Virus record (IMG/VR): IMGVR_UViG_3300048558_000060 | Span: 1 to 30,096 of that record | Source: a virus | Lineage: Duplodnaviria; Caudoviricetes | Strand: one strand, 5' to 3' | Length of the DNA: 30,096 nucleotides | Shown here: positions 17,219-26,672 of the stretch, piece by piece | Layout of the letters: each line of letters starts with the position of its first letter | How positions within the stretch are numbered: the first letter of the stretch is position 1 | Made by a program: the position numbers and the translations under genes | Notes under the pieces: generated by a model | Told to the model about the DNA's origin: nothing | Seen by the model: only the letters and a program-made list of their open reading frames with translations | Databases searched by the model: none

Positions 17219-17706
17219 CCTCCAAAAAATGCTGCAAAATGTTTCCGGCGGCTCGCCTGGATCGCCGCCAATTCCCGTTTCGCCGTTTCCAGCGAAACGG
17301 TCGGCGGGTTCGAGACCAAAACGGGTTTCGGTTTCGGTCCGCGTTTTTGCCGCGGTCGCTCCGCGATTTCCCGGTTTCGCTCCCCCGCCTCCTCCTCGAG
17401 GCGTTGTTGCTTCTGATCGTTCAGTTCGTTCTCGCCGATCGTGTCCACCAACTGCCCGAGCCGTTCGCAAATATCGGTCGCTTCAAACCCCCGGCGAAAT
17501 AGTTCCCGGATCCCTTCGGAAATCGGCCGCAATGCCGTCTTGACGACTTCGTCCCATCGACCGTCCGGCAGGTCATCCACCGCAGCGCGGGCGGCATTGA
17601 TTCGGTCGATCGCGTCCAGCGGCAGGCCCGTCAGCGCGGCGATCTCCGGCCGCGGCAAGCCGCGTTGCAACAGCCTCTCCGCCTGGTTGGCCTGCCAGTC
17701 GTTCAT
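17215..17706 (-). CDS. Hypothetical protein with N-terminal HTH-like motif(s)
   Basis: RLLQRGLPRPEIAALTGLPLDAIDRI; tight operon packing. Confidence 0.65.
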   Translation of the reverse strand: MNDWQANQAERLLQRGLPRPEIAALTGLPLDAIDRINAARAAVDDLPDGRWDEVVKTALRPISEGIRELFRRGFEATDICERLGQLVDTIGENELNDQKQQRLEEEAGERNREIAERPRQKRGPKPKPVLVSNPPTVSLETAKRELAAIQASRRKHFAAFFGG

Positions 17707-17710
17707 CGCT

Positions 17711-18109
17711 CTATTCCTCTTCGATTTCCCGTCTGGCCGCGGTCAGGTTTTTCAAACGATAGGTCTTATCCTTCTTCTCAAACTGTTCTTTGAATCGCAA
17801 CATCGCGCCGGTGATCAGATTCGACGGACAACCGATCGCCTCCGCAATCGCGGGTATGGACAAAAACTGGTTGGCGTTTTTCACGAAAACAGCTTTAATC
17901 TCCCGCAGGCGATTGGGCCGCTTGCCGCCGGCGGCGGAAGACGTCTTTTCTAACAGATGGCGGCAGCGTTTCAGCCGCGCTATCTCCTTGCGGTGCTTTT
18001 CGATCAGCAGATCGATCTCCGCGGGCTTCGTCTGCACGAGCAGCTCGGCCAGCTTATCAAGGCGATCCTCCAGTTCCGTTTCCTGTTCGAGCGTCAATTC
18101 TTCGGCCAT
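17711..18109 (-). CDS. Hypothetical protein, coiled coil plus winged-helix-like C-terminus
   Basis: GGAG RBS; LSIPAIAEAIGCPSNLI. Confidence 0.65.
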   Translation of the reverse strand: MAEELTLEQETELEDRLDKLAELLVQTKPAEIDLLIEKHRKEIARLKRCRHLLEKTSSAAGGKRPNRLREIKAVFVKNANQFLSIPAIAEAIGCPSNLITGAMLRFKEQFEKKDKTYRLKNLTAARREIEEE

Positions 18110-18132
18110 GCCGTTTCTCCTAGTAAAGCGTT

Positions 18133-18399
18133 TTAGGTTTTCCAGCGGCCATTTTTCCAGCCGTCGGTGTCGTCGTAAAACTCGGTCGGCTCGTCGTCGG
18201 CCAGGCGGACGTCTTCGCGCGGCAGGGCACGCTGTTCGAGTTGCCAGAGCCGATGCTGGATCCCAATCGTGCTCTGGCGTTGCACGAATTCATCGCCCTC
18301 AACGCGATGCTCCCAGACGGTCAGCCGCGCCAAAAGCGTCGCGTTACAAATCCACGCCGCAACCACTGCCAAGATCAGAAAAATTTCGATTCCGTTCAT
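18133..18399 (-). CDS. Small membrane-anchored hypothetical protein
   Basis: MNGIEIFLILAVVAAWICNATLLA; ATGA coupling. Confidence 0.55.
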   Translation of the reverse strand: MNGIEIFLILAVVAAWICNATLLARLTVWEHRVEGDEFVQRQSTIGIQHRLWQLEQRALPREDVRLADDEPTEFYDDTDGWKNGRWKT

Positions 18400-18662
18400 C
18401 GCAGCGCCCTCCCCGAAAATGGGTCCTTGTGTCGGTACTTCGGCTCGATCTCCCAACGGTTCACAAGCTGCCCGTGCGAATTCAACCCGGCCGACTCGTG
18501 TCGGCGGACGATCCCCAACTGCGTCAGCCTTCGCCGTTTCGTCTTGGCCGTTCCCGCCTTCATCCCCACAAAACCGAGCCACCAGACAAGCTGCGCGTCG
18601 CTCAGCGGCCCATGATGCCGCAAGGCGAACACAACCAGCCTGTCCGAGCGGCGTCTTTTCAT
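18396..18662 (-). CDS. Small winged-helix-like protein
   Basis: LRHHGPLSDAQL...TAKTKRRRLTQLGIV; start overlaps the upstream stop. Confidence 0.6.
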   Translation of the reverse strand: MKRRRSDRLVVFALRHHGPLSDAQLVWWLGFVGMKAGTAKTKRRRLTQLGIVRRHESAGLNSHGQLVNRWEIEPKYRHKDPFSGRALR

Positions 18663-18919
18663 AACCGTTCGAAGTCTGCTTTGCATTGGGCGAGCCGCGC
18701 GTCGATCGCCACGCAGAGGATCAATCGCAGTTCGTCGGAGAATCCCGCGTGATAGCCGCGAAAATGGTCGGCGACGAAGCAATTAAACTTCATGCCGAGT
18801 TCTCCGTTTCCCAAACTGCGGAGCGACTTGACATCGCGGGCCAGGTTCGATGCTTCATGTTGCAGCTGCTCACCGCGGCTGACCTTATTGCGCAACGCGT
18901 CCAATGTCGTTTGGTTCAT
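18659..18919 (-). CDS. Hypothetical protein
   Basis: GGAGG RBS, operon packing. Confidence 0.6.
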   Translation of the reverse strand: MNQTTLDALRNKVSRGEQLQHEASNLARDVKSLRSLGNGELGMKFNCFVADHFRGYHAGFSDELRLILCVAIDARLAQCKADFERL

Positions 18920-18955
18920 GACTTTCAGACCTCCGGATTGTTGATCCCCATCTTT

Positions 18956-19423
18956 TTACCTCCACTCCATCGCATCTTCGAAAACGCTTTCCGGCACCTC
19001 AAAAAGCCCCTGTTCGCCACGGTAGGGAATGGGCGTTGCAAACCGACGCGGCTGTTCGAGGATCCAGCAATACGGCCCTTCGGCGTGCGGATGACCGAGC
19101 AGCCAGGCCAGTTCGCGGTGCATCTGGCGATAGTGAAAGCCGACTTGGCGGCACGCCCCAACGTCCTCCAGCTTGACACAGGCCGTTACTTTGACGACGC
19201 CGACGAGCGCACCGAAATCCATCTCCTTTGGCAGCGGATCGCGGGACGGCCGTTGTCGGCCTAGGCGGATCGCCTCTTCATAGGCCGCCAGCCATTCGCG
19301 ATTCTTCCCCGCGTGAACCAGCAGCGGACCGCGGTACCCGGTCCACCAGCGACGGTTCTCGCACCGCTTTTCCCCGCGGAGAATCAATTCGCTGTATGGT
19401 TGATGGATCGTGAGTGCTTTCAT
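18956..19423 (-). CDS. ASCH domain protein
   Basis: MKALTIHQPYSELILRGEKRCENRRW..YRGPLLVHAG...GEQGLF. Confidence 0.92.
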   Translation of the reverse strand: MKALTIHQPYSELILRGEKRCENRRWWTGYRGPLLVHAGKNREWLAAYEEAIRLGRQRPSRDPLPKEMDFGALVGVVKVTACVKLEDVGACRQVGFHYRQMHRELAWLLGHPHAEGPYCWILEQPRRFATPIPYRGEQGLFEVPESVFEDAMEWR

Positions 19424-19689
19424 CGTTTGGCTCGTCGCAAGTGTCCACGCAGCGCCGCGTTCGAACGCTTCAGGCGTTCCATTTCCGTTATGGCATAGGC
19501 GAAAGCATCCTTGTAGTATTTAAGGTTAGCCATCAGTCTCACATGATCTTTAGCCATTGCTTCACAGGCGGTTGCAATGCGCTGCATGCAACCGATCTTC
19601 AATCGATCCATGCCAGGAAATAAATCCTCTTCCTCTTCCCTTCCGTAGTTAATCCTCGAAAGCTCCTGAAAGCTCTGAAACTTTTTCAT
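19420..19689 (-). CDS. Hypothetical protein
   Basis: ATGA couplings at both ends; LKIGCMQRIATACEAMA plus coiled coil. Confidence 0.65.
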   Translation of the reverse strand: MKKFQSFQELSRINYGREEEEDLFPGMDRLKIGCMQRIATACEAMAKDHVRLMANLKYYKDAFAYAITEMERLKRSNAALRGHLRRAKR

Positions 19690-20633
19690 GCGTCTACCTC
19701 CGGAAGTTCGTTCCACTCGAAACCGTCGAGCAGGCGGCCATCTTTGATCTTGCTGTAACGGCGAATCGTACTGCCGCCTACCGAAAATGATTCCGAGTTT
19801 CCCCAGCCCTTGAAGAAGAACGGCACGCCAGCCGCCTGACACTGATCGCGGAGCGAACGGAACCACTCCGGATGCGCGGGCCGCGCGCCGGGGCCGGTCT
19901 CGCCGCCCGCAATGACCCAATCAATCGCAGGCAATGGCAACTGATCGAAACACGTAGATCGCCCACAGTACCACGAAAACGGCTCGCTCCGATTTTGGCG
20001 TATTCCGGAAACGTGAGTTCCAGCAGTCGTCTTCTTGCCGCAATGCGAACAGTGATCCGCGTAGAATCGAACACTGATCGGCCCCAGCAGCGGCTCGCAA
20101 CTCAGAAAGCGGACGAAGAGCCGCGCTTTTAGCAGCTCGGCAACGCGGCCGATCGTCTCCGGCCCGGTGACCGTCGTCCCGCCCCAGACGTTTTCCGGAA
20201 ATTTTTGGACGCGCTCGCGTTCCCATGTCTCGACAAATTCCGCCAGCCGCCGCGGTCGCTTCGTCAGAAGCAACCAGTTATGCGGCGACTTGGCGATACG
20301 ATCGACCGCCAGCGAAAGCCAGCCGAGTTGTTTCATCGACTCGGTAAAGCAGTCGCCCAGATCGTTCACGAAGATCATCCGCGGGCGGCCGTTGAGCCAC
20401 GGTTTCGCGGGCCGCTCGGTGCCGGTCAGGTCTTTCCATCGCAGGGCCTCGTCCAGCCGATCGAGGAAAAGCTCCGGCTTGTCGAACGCCAGCGGAAACC
20501 CGCGATTCTTGCCAGCGTAACGGTTCACTAGCCGCTCGGCATAACAATGTTCGGGCGTCAGCTCGCACCCGTCGCAGCCGATCATCAGGTTGCAGGTCGA
20601 ATCGCACCACTCGATCGCCGTATTCTGACCCAT
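19686..20633 (-). CDS. DUF5131 (phage Gp37/Gp68) family protein
   Basis: TAIEWCD, IFVNDLGD, LLLTKRP, RFLSCEPLLG, IDWVIAGGETGPGARP, VPFFFKGWG. Confidence 0.92.
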   Translation of the reverse strand: MGQNTAIEWCDSTCNLMIGCDGCELTPEHCYAERLVNRYAGKNRGFPLAFDKPELFLDRLDEALRWKDLTGTERPAKPWLNGRPRMIFVNDLGDCFTESMKQLGWLSLAVDRIAKSPHNWLLLTKRPRRLAEFVETWERERVQKFPENVWGGTTVTGPETIGRVAELLKARLFVRFLSCEPLLGPISVRFYADHCSHCGKKTTAGTHVSGIRQNRSEPFSWYCGRSTCFDQLPLPAIDWVIAGGETGPGARPAHPEWFRSLRDQCQAAGVPFFFKGWGNSESFSVGGSTIRRYSKIKDGRLLDGFEWNELPEVDA

Positions 20634-20637
20634 GTTC

Positions 20638-20910
20638 CTACCCTTGCCTTTCCTGTTCTTCCGCGATCTCGACGACCGCCGCCATCGCGAACATCATGGT
20701 GGGCCCCTCGACGCCTTCTTCGTTCATTCCTTTGAGCAACGCCAGGGCGAAAGGCATCAGATCGCCGCCATGCTTCGCGTGCTCGTCGCGAATAATCTCC
20801 TTCCACGGTTCGATCGCGGCTTCGTACTTGCTGCCGAGCAGACGCTGAAGCGTCTCCTGGCACTCGTACAGATTCGCGGCGATTTTAGTCGCTGTTATCA
20901 GGTCCATCAT
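20638..20910 (-). CDS. Hypothetical protein
   Basis: 90 aa ORF tiling the operon. Confidence 0.6.
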   Translation of the reverse strand: MMDLITATKIAANLYECQETLQRLLGSKYEAAIEPWKEIIRDEHAKHGGDLMPFALALLKGMNEEGVEGPTMMFAMAAVVEIAEEQERQG

Positions 20911-21220
20911 TTTCTTCTGCCTTTGGTTGCTCGATGGACAGTCCCATTGCCAATATTAGCCGTGCTTCGACTTCCGTCGCCGGTATGAAGAGCGACATGC
21001 CGCCGGTACTTTTTCCTGGTCCGCGCGTCGCCATAATCGCGATGCCGCTGTCCTTGTCGCGTTTCATCAGGAAGAGACCAGGCTTCCCGGCGATCGAGTA
21101 GAGCATCCGCCCCTGCCAACTGACCCACGTCCGCGTGGCGATCGGCAAATCTTCCGCCGGTTGGCGGATGCGTTGCCCGCAGCGGTCACAGCGTGTCGAT
21201 TCGTAATTTTTGGTTGCCAT
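20885..21220 (-). CDS. Hypothetical protein with N-terminal CxxC
   Basis: MATKNYESTRCDRCG; tiles the operon. Confidence 0.55.
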   Translation of the reverse strand: MATKNYESTRCDRCGQRIRQPAEDLPIATRTWVSWQGRMLYSIAGKPGLFLMKRDKDSGIAIMATRGPGKSTGGMSLFIPATEVEARLILAMGLSIEQPKAEENDGPDNSD

Positions 21221-21369
21221 TTTTCTCGGTAAGGGAAAAATCCCCGCGGCTCCCGTGATGCCGCGGGTCGAACGCTGTTTACAACGCCCAATGGTCTGAC
21301 GCCAAGTGTTCCGGCTTGTAGGCATGATTCTCGGTCGCACGGTCGAACTTGCTCGGGGCCGCCTACGCC

Positions 21370-21618
21370 TTAGCCCTCCGCGAAAAACCTGTCGGCACTC
21401 ACTTGACTTGGCCCCGGCTCATCGCCCGGGCCTTTCTCGGTTAGGTATTTCCTCTCGGCCTTTGTCGCCTTGCGGACGAGGGCCCATTTTCCTTCTGCGT
21501 TTCGCTCCATCAGCCAGCCGGCCAGCGCGGCGCGGTCGGCAATCAACCGCAGCCGCCGGCCGGTTCTTGAATCCACAAACTCCACCCCCGGCGGATCGTA
21601 GTTTTCCTTGTAGCTCAT
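21370..21618 (-). CDS. Hypothetical protein
   Basis: Start overlaps the upstream TGA. Confidence 0.55.
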   Translation of the reverse strand: MSYKENYDPPGVEFVDSRTGRRLRLIADRAALAGWLMERNAEGKWALVRKATKAERKYLTEKGPGDEPGPSQVSADRFFAEG

Positions 21619-22394
21619 CAGGGCGCGCCGAAGTAGATCGCGAATTCCTTGGGGACGGACTTCTCGAGCCGGCAGCGGAGGTCGGCTTGGTGGTCGGCCA
21701 CCGCCTTGTCGAGGTCTTCTTCCTTGGGCAGAAGGAAGATCTGCTTTTGCGTGAAGTTGAAATCCACGTCGCAGGAAAAGGCGACTATCTCCTGCTCGCC
21801 GATCTCGCGGTAGATGGGCGTAGAGATCGTCAGCGTCTCGGGCAACTCGCTAACGCCCTTGACGCCCGCGCTGGCGGATCCGCCGAAGCGGTCGCCCTGC
21901 TTCTGCATGTCGGCCTCGCTCATGTTGGCGGTCTCCCACTTCATGGCGCGGAACTTGTTTACGAAAAAATCGTCCACGCCGAGGTCGAACCGCAGCAGTT
22001 TTAGGAAGGAGGCCTGGTCGTAGCCACGGCGCGTCTCAGTGAGTTCTCCCAAGAGCAGAAATCGCTTCGTCATGGTGAGCGGAAAGGTCACGCGATCTCG
22101 CCGGTCGTCGTCGTCGAGGACGAGCGTCACGCCCGTTGCGCCGTGCCAAAAGACGCGGGTCGGGCGTTTAACATCGCCCTCGCCGGGTAGGCGGTTCGCA
22201 TAGGCGATGAGGTCATCGAGCGTCCCGACCGTGTGCTTGCGGAGGTCCGGAGGAACCTCGTGATCGATCAGCTTATCGCCCTGTTGGATAAGGACCTTGC
22301 GGCCGTCGCCGGCGGGCATTTGTACGACCTTGGCAGTCTGTGCCTGCTGGGCCGTCCCCTGAATGAGTCTCAGTGTTTCTACGTCCACAAACAT
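21618..22394 (-). CDS. DUF2303/YfdQ-like phage protein
   Basis: HTVGTLDDLIAYAN, YDQASFLKLLR, ELPETLTISTPIY; GGAG RBS before ATG 22394. Confidence 0.6.
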   Translation of the reverse strand: MFVDVETLRLIQGTAQQAQTAKVVQMPAGDGRKVLIQQGDKLIDHEVPPDLRKHTVGTLDDLIAYANRLPGEGDVKRPTRVFWHGATGVTLVLDDDDRRDRVTFPLTMTKRFLLLGELTETRRGYDQASFLKLLRFDLGVDDFFVNKFRAMKWETANMSEADMQKQGDRFGGSASAGVKGVSELPETLTISTPIYREIGEQEIVAFSCDVDFNFTQKQIFLLPKEEDLDKAVADHQADLRCRLEKSVPKEFAIYFGAP

Positions 22395-22453
22395 TTTTGT
22401 ACTCCTACAAAAGAAATGGTGATAAAAAACGGCCGATCGGCGATCGACGCGGG

Positions 22454-22867
22454 TTAGCACTCTTGGTCTTCGTGTTCCTCGTCGGCCAATTCGGCGTCGT
22501 AATCGAAGGTGGTTTGATTGAGGTTCGCCTGCGACTCGGGATTGAAGTAGAAACGATTCTGGTGATCAATGCCGAGATCGATCACGTCGGTTTCCCGCTT
22601 CGGGATCCCGATGTTCATCACGATTTTTGCCTTCGCCCCAACAAGTTCGAGCACGGTATCGTCGGTGACCGTCTCCCGCATTTCAGAGACCGGGAGAATC
22701 TGGATCTGCATCGTGACCGTCCGCGCTCGCTTGTCGCGCTTGCGGTTTTTCAGGTCCTGCATGATCATCAGCATGAATTCGCGGAATTGATCGGCAAAAC
22801 GTCCGTTTTGCAGCTTGCCGACCGTGTCCAGATCGAGGATCTGGAATTGAGGCGTTGGACGCGTCAT
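22454..22867 (-). CDS. Hypothetical phage protein, usual upstream partner of DUF2303-like genes
   Basis: LQNGRFADQF...QDLKNR..DKRARTVTMQIQILP; GGGAGG RBS. Confidence 0.7.
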   Translation of the reverse strand: MTRPTPQFQILDLDTVGKLQNGRFADQFREFMLMIMQDLKNRKRDKRARTVTMQIQILPVSEMRETVTDDTVLELVGAKAKIVMNIGIPKRETDVIDLGIDHQNRFYFNPESQANLNQTTFDYDAELADEEHEDQEC

Positions 22868-22918
22868 TTGGTTTACCTCCCAGGTAAAAGGTTTTTGGTA
22901 CGGACCGCCGATTCTGCT

Positions 22919-23188
22919 TTACCCGTTCGGTAAAGACTTCTGGCGGATAAAGTCTTCGATCGCGCGTTTCTCCTCAACCGTGAGAAGCGTCGAAATGTGG
23001 TGATTCCGACACTCCGAAACGATCCTATCGACCGTGCGGCGCTGCTCGATCTGGTTCACGTCGCGGTGCCGCTCGACGATCGCCCGCAGCTCCTCTGGCC
23101 AGCGGCGAAAGGCCTGCGACCAACTCGCCGGACCGCCACTCCTGGCCGCCGGTGCCGCGGGTTTCACAATCGCCCGTTTTCGTTTCAT
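22919..23188 (-). CDS. Hypothetical protein
   Basis: ATGA coupling to the initiator gene, GGAGG RBS. Confidence 0.55.
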   Translation of the reverse strand: MKRKRAIVKPAAPAARSGGPASWSQAFRRWPEELRAIVERHRDVNQIEQRRTVDRIVSECRNHHISTLLTVEEKRAIEDFIRQKSLPNG

Positions 23189-24231
23189 GGCGCCGCCTCC
23201 TGGTGGGCGAGACTGCGCCGCCGCCGACTGGCTTCAAGGGCGCGCTTCAAAGCGGCGAGTGCCTCGTCCGTCGGCGGATTAGGGAGTTTGACTTCCGTTT
23301 CGTGAATCGCCTCCTGGGGTGCGAGGCTTTTCGAATCGCCGCTCTCCTGCGCGGCGTAGCGTCGTTTCACTTCCCGGATCGCCGGGCCGAAGGATGCGCC
23401 CCAAACCGTGTTCAACGAACTTTCGTCGCAGAAGCCGAGGCCAACAAGCGAGTTCCGCAGAACGCCCTTGAAATACTTCAGGCGGCTCGTGTCCGGTTTG
23501 GAGGAGTGTAAGACCTTCGCCGCTTCGATCAGCCAGAGCCGGTCAAAATCGTGCAAGGCCATCAAGGCGGCCGCCATGATCAAGTCCCGCCATTCCGGCG
23601 TGGCCTTGAGACTCAGAATGGCGTCCGTCTGTTTCGCGAGTTCGCGCGCCTCTTCCCACTTCCAAGCAAAAGTAACGTCGTTGACGACGACATTTTTCTT
23701 GTTAAGGAAACAAGAAGGATATTCCTTTAATAGATGTTCAGGGTGCGCAGGGGGCTGCGCACCGGCGACACCCCCCAGCGCACCGGCGACAGGGGGCTGC
23801 GCACCGGCGACATCAGCAGAAACGGGGGGTTTCTTGGTTTCTAGTGGAGTGACGTGGCCGATGATTTGACGGATCCCGGCCCAGTCGATCGTGTAGGCGT
23901 TGCCGGCCTGCGAACCGTCGTAACGGCGCTGCTCGCGGACCGAGAGTATTCCCTTGCTGATCGCCTCGGCGACCGTCCGGCGGGCCTTCGACGTCTCGCA
24001 CCAAAGCCCCCACTGCGAACGCTCCGCCAGTTGTGCGTAGGTCTTCACCACTTCGCCGCGGGTACCGCCCTCGGTAAAGTGAAAGACCATCAGCATCAGA
24101 TCGCGCAGGTGCAGATCGGCGTCGCGGAGTTTGCAGGCCCGCAAAACGTCGTTCCGCCGCTCGGCATAGGCCGCCTGGGCGTCGGCCAGCGGCAAGTCGA
24201 GTTGTCGAGCGGCCTTCGTGGTCGGGTGCAT
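23185..24231 (-). CDS. Putative replication initiator (N-terminal winged helix, lambda O-like layout)
   Basis: KTYAQLAE...KARRTVAEAISKGILSV...QAGNAYTIDW; internal 21-bp repeats next to an AT-rich stretch. Confidence 0.65.
   Translation of the reverse strand: MHPTTKAARQLDLPLADAQAAYAERRNDVLRACKLRDADLHLRDLMLMVFHFTEGGTRGEVVKTYAQLAERSQWGLWCETSKARRTVAEAISKGILSVREQRRYDGSQAGNAYTIDWAGIRQIIGHVTPLETKKPPVSADVAGAQPPVAGALGGVAGAQPPAHPEHLLKEYPSCFLNKKNVVVNDVTFAWKWEEARELAKQTDAILSLKATPEWRDLIMAAALMALHDFDRLWLIEAAKVLHSSKPDTSRLKYFKGVLRNSLVGLGFCDESSLNTVWGASFGPAIREVKRRYAAQESGDSKSLAPQEAIHETEVKLPNPPTDEALAALKRALEASRRRRSLAHQEAAP
23694..23812. repeat. Putative phage replication origin: three 21-bp tandem repeats plus an AT-rich tract
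   Basis: GGGGGCTGCGCACCGGCGACA (23750-23770 and 23792-23812), CCCCCCAGCGCACCGGCGACA (23771-23791); AT-rich 23694-23735. Confidence 0.7.
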
Positions 24232-24252
24232 CCTGCGCGTGCTCCGTGCGTT

Positions 24253-25281
24253 CTAGAGGCTCGTTTCGATGGTCTCTTCTTCGTCGATTTCGTCCATGTC
24301 GTTTTCTTCACTCTCCTCATCCTGGTGCTCGCCGAATGCCAAATCGTCTTGCACCCCGCCGGCCGCGGCGTGTTCGAGGTTTTTGGCGGCCTGGCGGTAG
24401 TAGGTGTCCTTGAGTTCCACGCCCAGCGCCCAGCGCCCGTTGACCACCGCCGCATAAGCTTCCGAGCCGACGCCCATAAACGGCGTCAAGATAATCTCGC
24501 CCGGATTACTCCAGAGCGTCAGACAGCGTTCGATCACGTCCAATTGGAGTGGGCAAACGTGCTTTTCTTCCTCGTTCTCGCGGGCCTGCTGGAACGGCAA
24601 GAGCCGCTTGCGGCGGATGTCCATCCAGACCGGGCTGGCGTACTGCCGCCAGATCCAGTGCGACAGAAGATTGCCCCGCGGGTCGCCGCGATAGTTTCCA
24701 TAGTCGCGTAAAAGATCGTTTGGAATCGGCTTCGCGCCGATGTAACGGCGAAAGCCTTCTTCGTGCTTGATCGGGGTCGCGTTGGTGCCCGCCTTTTTGA
24801 AGATCAGCAGATAATCCGCCGGGGCGATCCGCGAACTGGCCGAATCGGTGACGCTCACTGTCTTGTGCATCAAGCTCTTCATTCGCGTGCGCCGCGCGAA
24901 TTCCCAGGGGTCCTTCCAGATCGTCACGCGGCAAAAGAAGTGCATGCCCACGTTCTCGTGGATGCGAACGATGTCGGCCGGAAAGTCGCGTTGGTACAGC
25001 GACCCGCGCCGCAGATCGGTGCAATGTACGCAAGAAAGTCGCCCGGGCTTCGTGAGCCGTGCGACCTCCCGTACCACGAATTGGTACTGCTCGATCGACT
25101 CCTCGTAGCTCGTACAGTTGGTCATGTCCCGCGGGTCGTCGGAATACTGGTACAGTTCCGGGAATGGCGGGGAATAGACCGACAGGTCCACACTCTGCTC
25201 TGTCAAGCCCGGAAGGACCTCCATGCAGTCGGCGTGGTAAATCGCGTAACGGTCGGTCACGCGTTGGTTAATGACAGGCAT
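24253..25281 (-). CDS. DNA N4-cytosine/N6-adenine methyltransferase (beta-class motif order)
   Basis: ADCMEVL, catalytic SVYSPPF, KHVCPLQLDVIERC, SAM-binding LTPFMGVGSE, GVELKDTYY. Confidence 0.92.
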   Translation of the reverse strand: MPVINQRVTDRYAIYHADCMEVLPGLTEQSVDLSVYSPPFPELYQYSDDPRDMTNCTSYEESIEQYQFVVREVARLTKPGRLSCVHCTDLRRGSLYQRDFPADIVRIHENVGMHFFCRVTIWKDPWEFARRTRMKSLMHKTVSVTDSASSRIAPADYLLIFKKAGTNATPIKHEEGFRRYIGAKPIPNDLLRDYGNYRGDPRGNLLSHWIWRQYASPVWMDIRRKRLLPFQQARENEEEKHVCPLQLDVIERCLTLWSNPGEIILTPFMGVGSEAYAAVVNGRWALGVELKDTYYRQAAKNLEHAAAGGVQDDLAFGEHQDEESEENDMDEIDEEETIETSL

Positions 25282-26672
25282 TCTGCATCCTTTCGTGACG
25301 GTTGGAGCCAGGCGGGGGTTAGAAGCGTCTTCGTATGCCGGTCCATCGAGTCGATCGTGATCGCCTCGTTCATGTGCCGGACCAGCGACGCGAACATTTC
25401 CAGGGCCTTTTTCTGCTTTCGTTCCAGACCGGCCATCACGCGGGACTCGCCCGGCGCAGTGACGATATGCACGTTGACGTCGCCCTGTCGGCCGAATCGC
25501 CAACAGCGGCGAACGCCCTGATAGACTTGCTCGAACGAAAACGTCGGGAAAAACGTCATGTCGCCACAGTGTTGGAGGTTCAACCCCCAACAGCCGATTT
25601 TTCCCTTAGTCACAAGCACCCGCACGCGGCCCATCGCGAAGTCCAAAAGCCGTGATTCCTTGTCTTCCAGCGAATCCTTGCCCGCCACCTGAACGCAACC
25701 GGGAATCAGCTTCTCGAGGTAATCCCCTTCCTCGTTGTAGTGGCACCAAACAATCGCCGGCCGATCGTGATCGACCAGTTCCTTGACCCGTTCGCAACGC
25801 TCGGGAATCGTCCGTTTTCGCTCTTCCCGCTGTTCGACCAGTGAAATCGCCGGCCGCGGAAAAAGCTCGCCCGGTGGAATCCACGGCACGTCAACCAGGT
25901 GCGTTTGGTAATTCAAGGGCGGGAGGATAAACCGCGTGTCGTCGAATCCCAAATCGCTCGGCCGCTGGATGCCGCGGGCCCAGCCCACGATCCACTTCCA
26001 AAACGGCGTTTCCGAGTGCGGCTTGAACGTGTACTTGCACTGGTTCCAAAAATCGCCCTCCTTGAACACCGTGTGCCGCATGTCCTTCGTCTCGCGGAAG
26101 AAGTAGCCCAGCATGTCGCTTTGCGTCATCACGCCCAGGCATTCGCTGGCGGTTCCCAACTCGATGTAATCGTTCGGTGCCGGCGTGGCGGTGGTCAGCA
26201 GCCGGTACGGCATTTTTGAAAAGAATCTCACGACCTGCTTGCGGCGTTTTCCATCGAACGCCTTGATCGCCTGTGCCTCGTCGCCCACGGCCGCGACGAA
26301 ATCCTCCGGGTTGAAATAGTGGAGCCGCTCATAGTTCGTGACCACGATTCCGCCATGGTGTTTGCCGTCGCGGGAGTGATGCACCTCAATCCCGAATTTC
26401 TCACCCTCGCGGACGAATTGGCCGGCGACGGCCAGCGGTGTGATTATGAGGACCGGCCGGCCGGTCTTCTTGATGACGTTCTGCGCCCAAACCAACGCCA
26501 TGGGTGTTTTGCCGAGTCCGCAATCGGCCCAGATCGCCGCCCTGCCCTTGCGGAGTGCCCACTCGACCAGGTGCCGCTGAAAATCAAACAGAAAATCCGG
26601 CATCCAAAGCGGTTCGAAACCGGCATTGGGGCCGAGTTGCATTTTGGCGGTGATAAAATCGCGGTATTCCAT
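25257..26672 (-). CDS. SNF2-like superfamily 2 helicase
   Basis: LFDFQ, ADCGLGKT, TNYE, DEAQ, TATPAPND, GLNLQ, QGVRRCWRFG. Confidence 0.92.
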   Translation of the reverse strand: MEYRDFITAKMQLGPNAGFEPLWMPDFLFDFQRHLVEWALRKGRAAIWADCGLGKTPMALVWAQNVIKKTGRPVLIITPLAVAGQFVREGEKFGIEVHHSRDGKHHGGIVVTNYERLHYFNPEDFVAAVGDEAQAIKAFDGKRRKQVVRFFSKMPYRLLTTATPAPNDYIELGTASECLGVMTQSDMLGYFFRETKDMRHTVFKEGDFWNQCKYTFKPHSETPFWKWIVGWARGIQRPSDLGFDDTRFILPPLNYQTHLVDVPWIPPGELFPRPAISLVEQREERKRTIPERCERVKELVDHDRPAIVWCHYNEEGDYLEKLIPGCVQVAGKDSLEDKESRLLDFAMGRVRVLVTKGKIGCWGLNLQHCGDMTFFPTFSFEQVYQGVRRCWRFGRQGDVNVHIVTAPGESRVMAGLERKQKKALEMFASLVRHMNEAITIDSMDRHTKTLLTPAWLQPSRKDAECLSLTNA

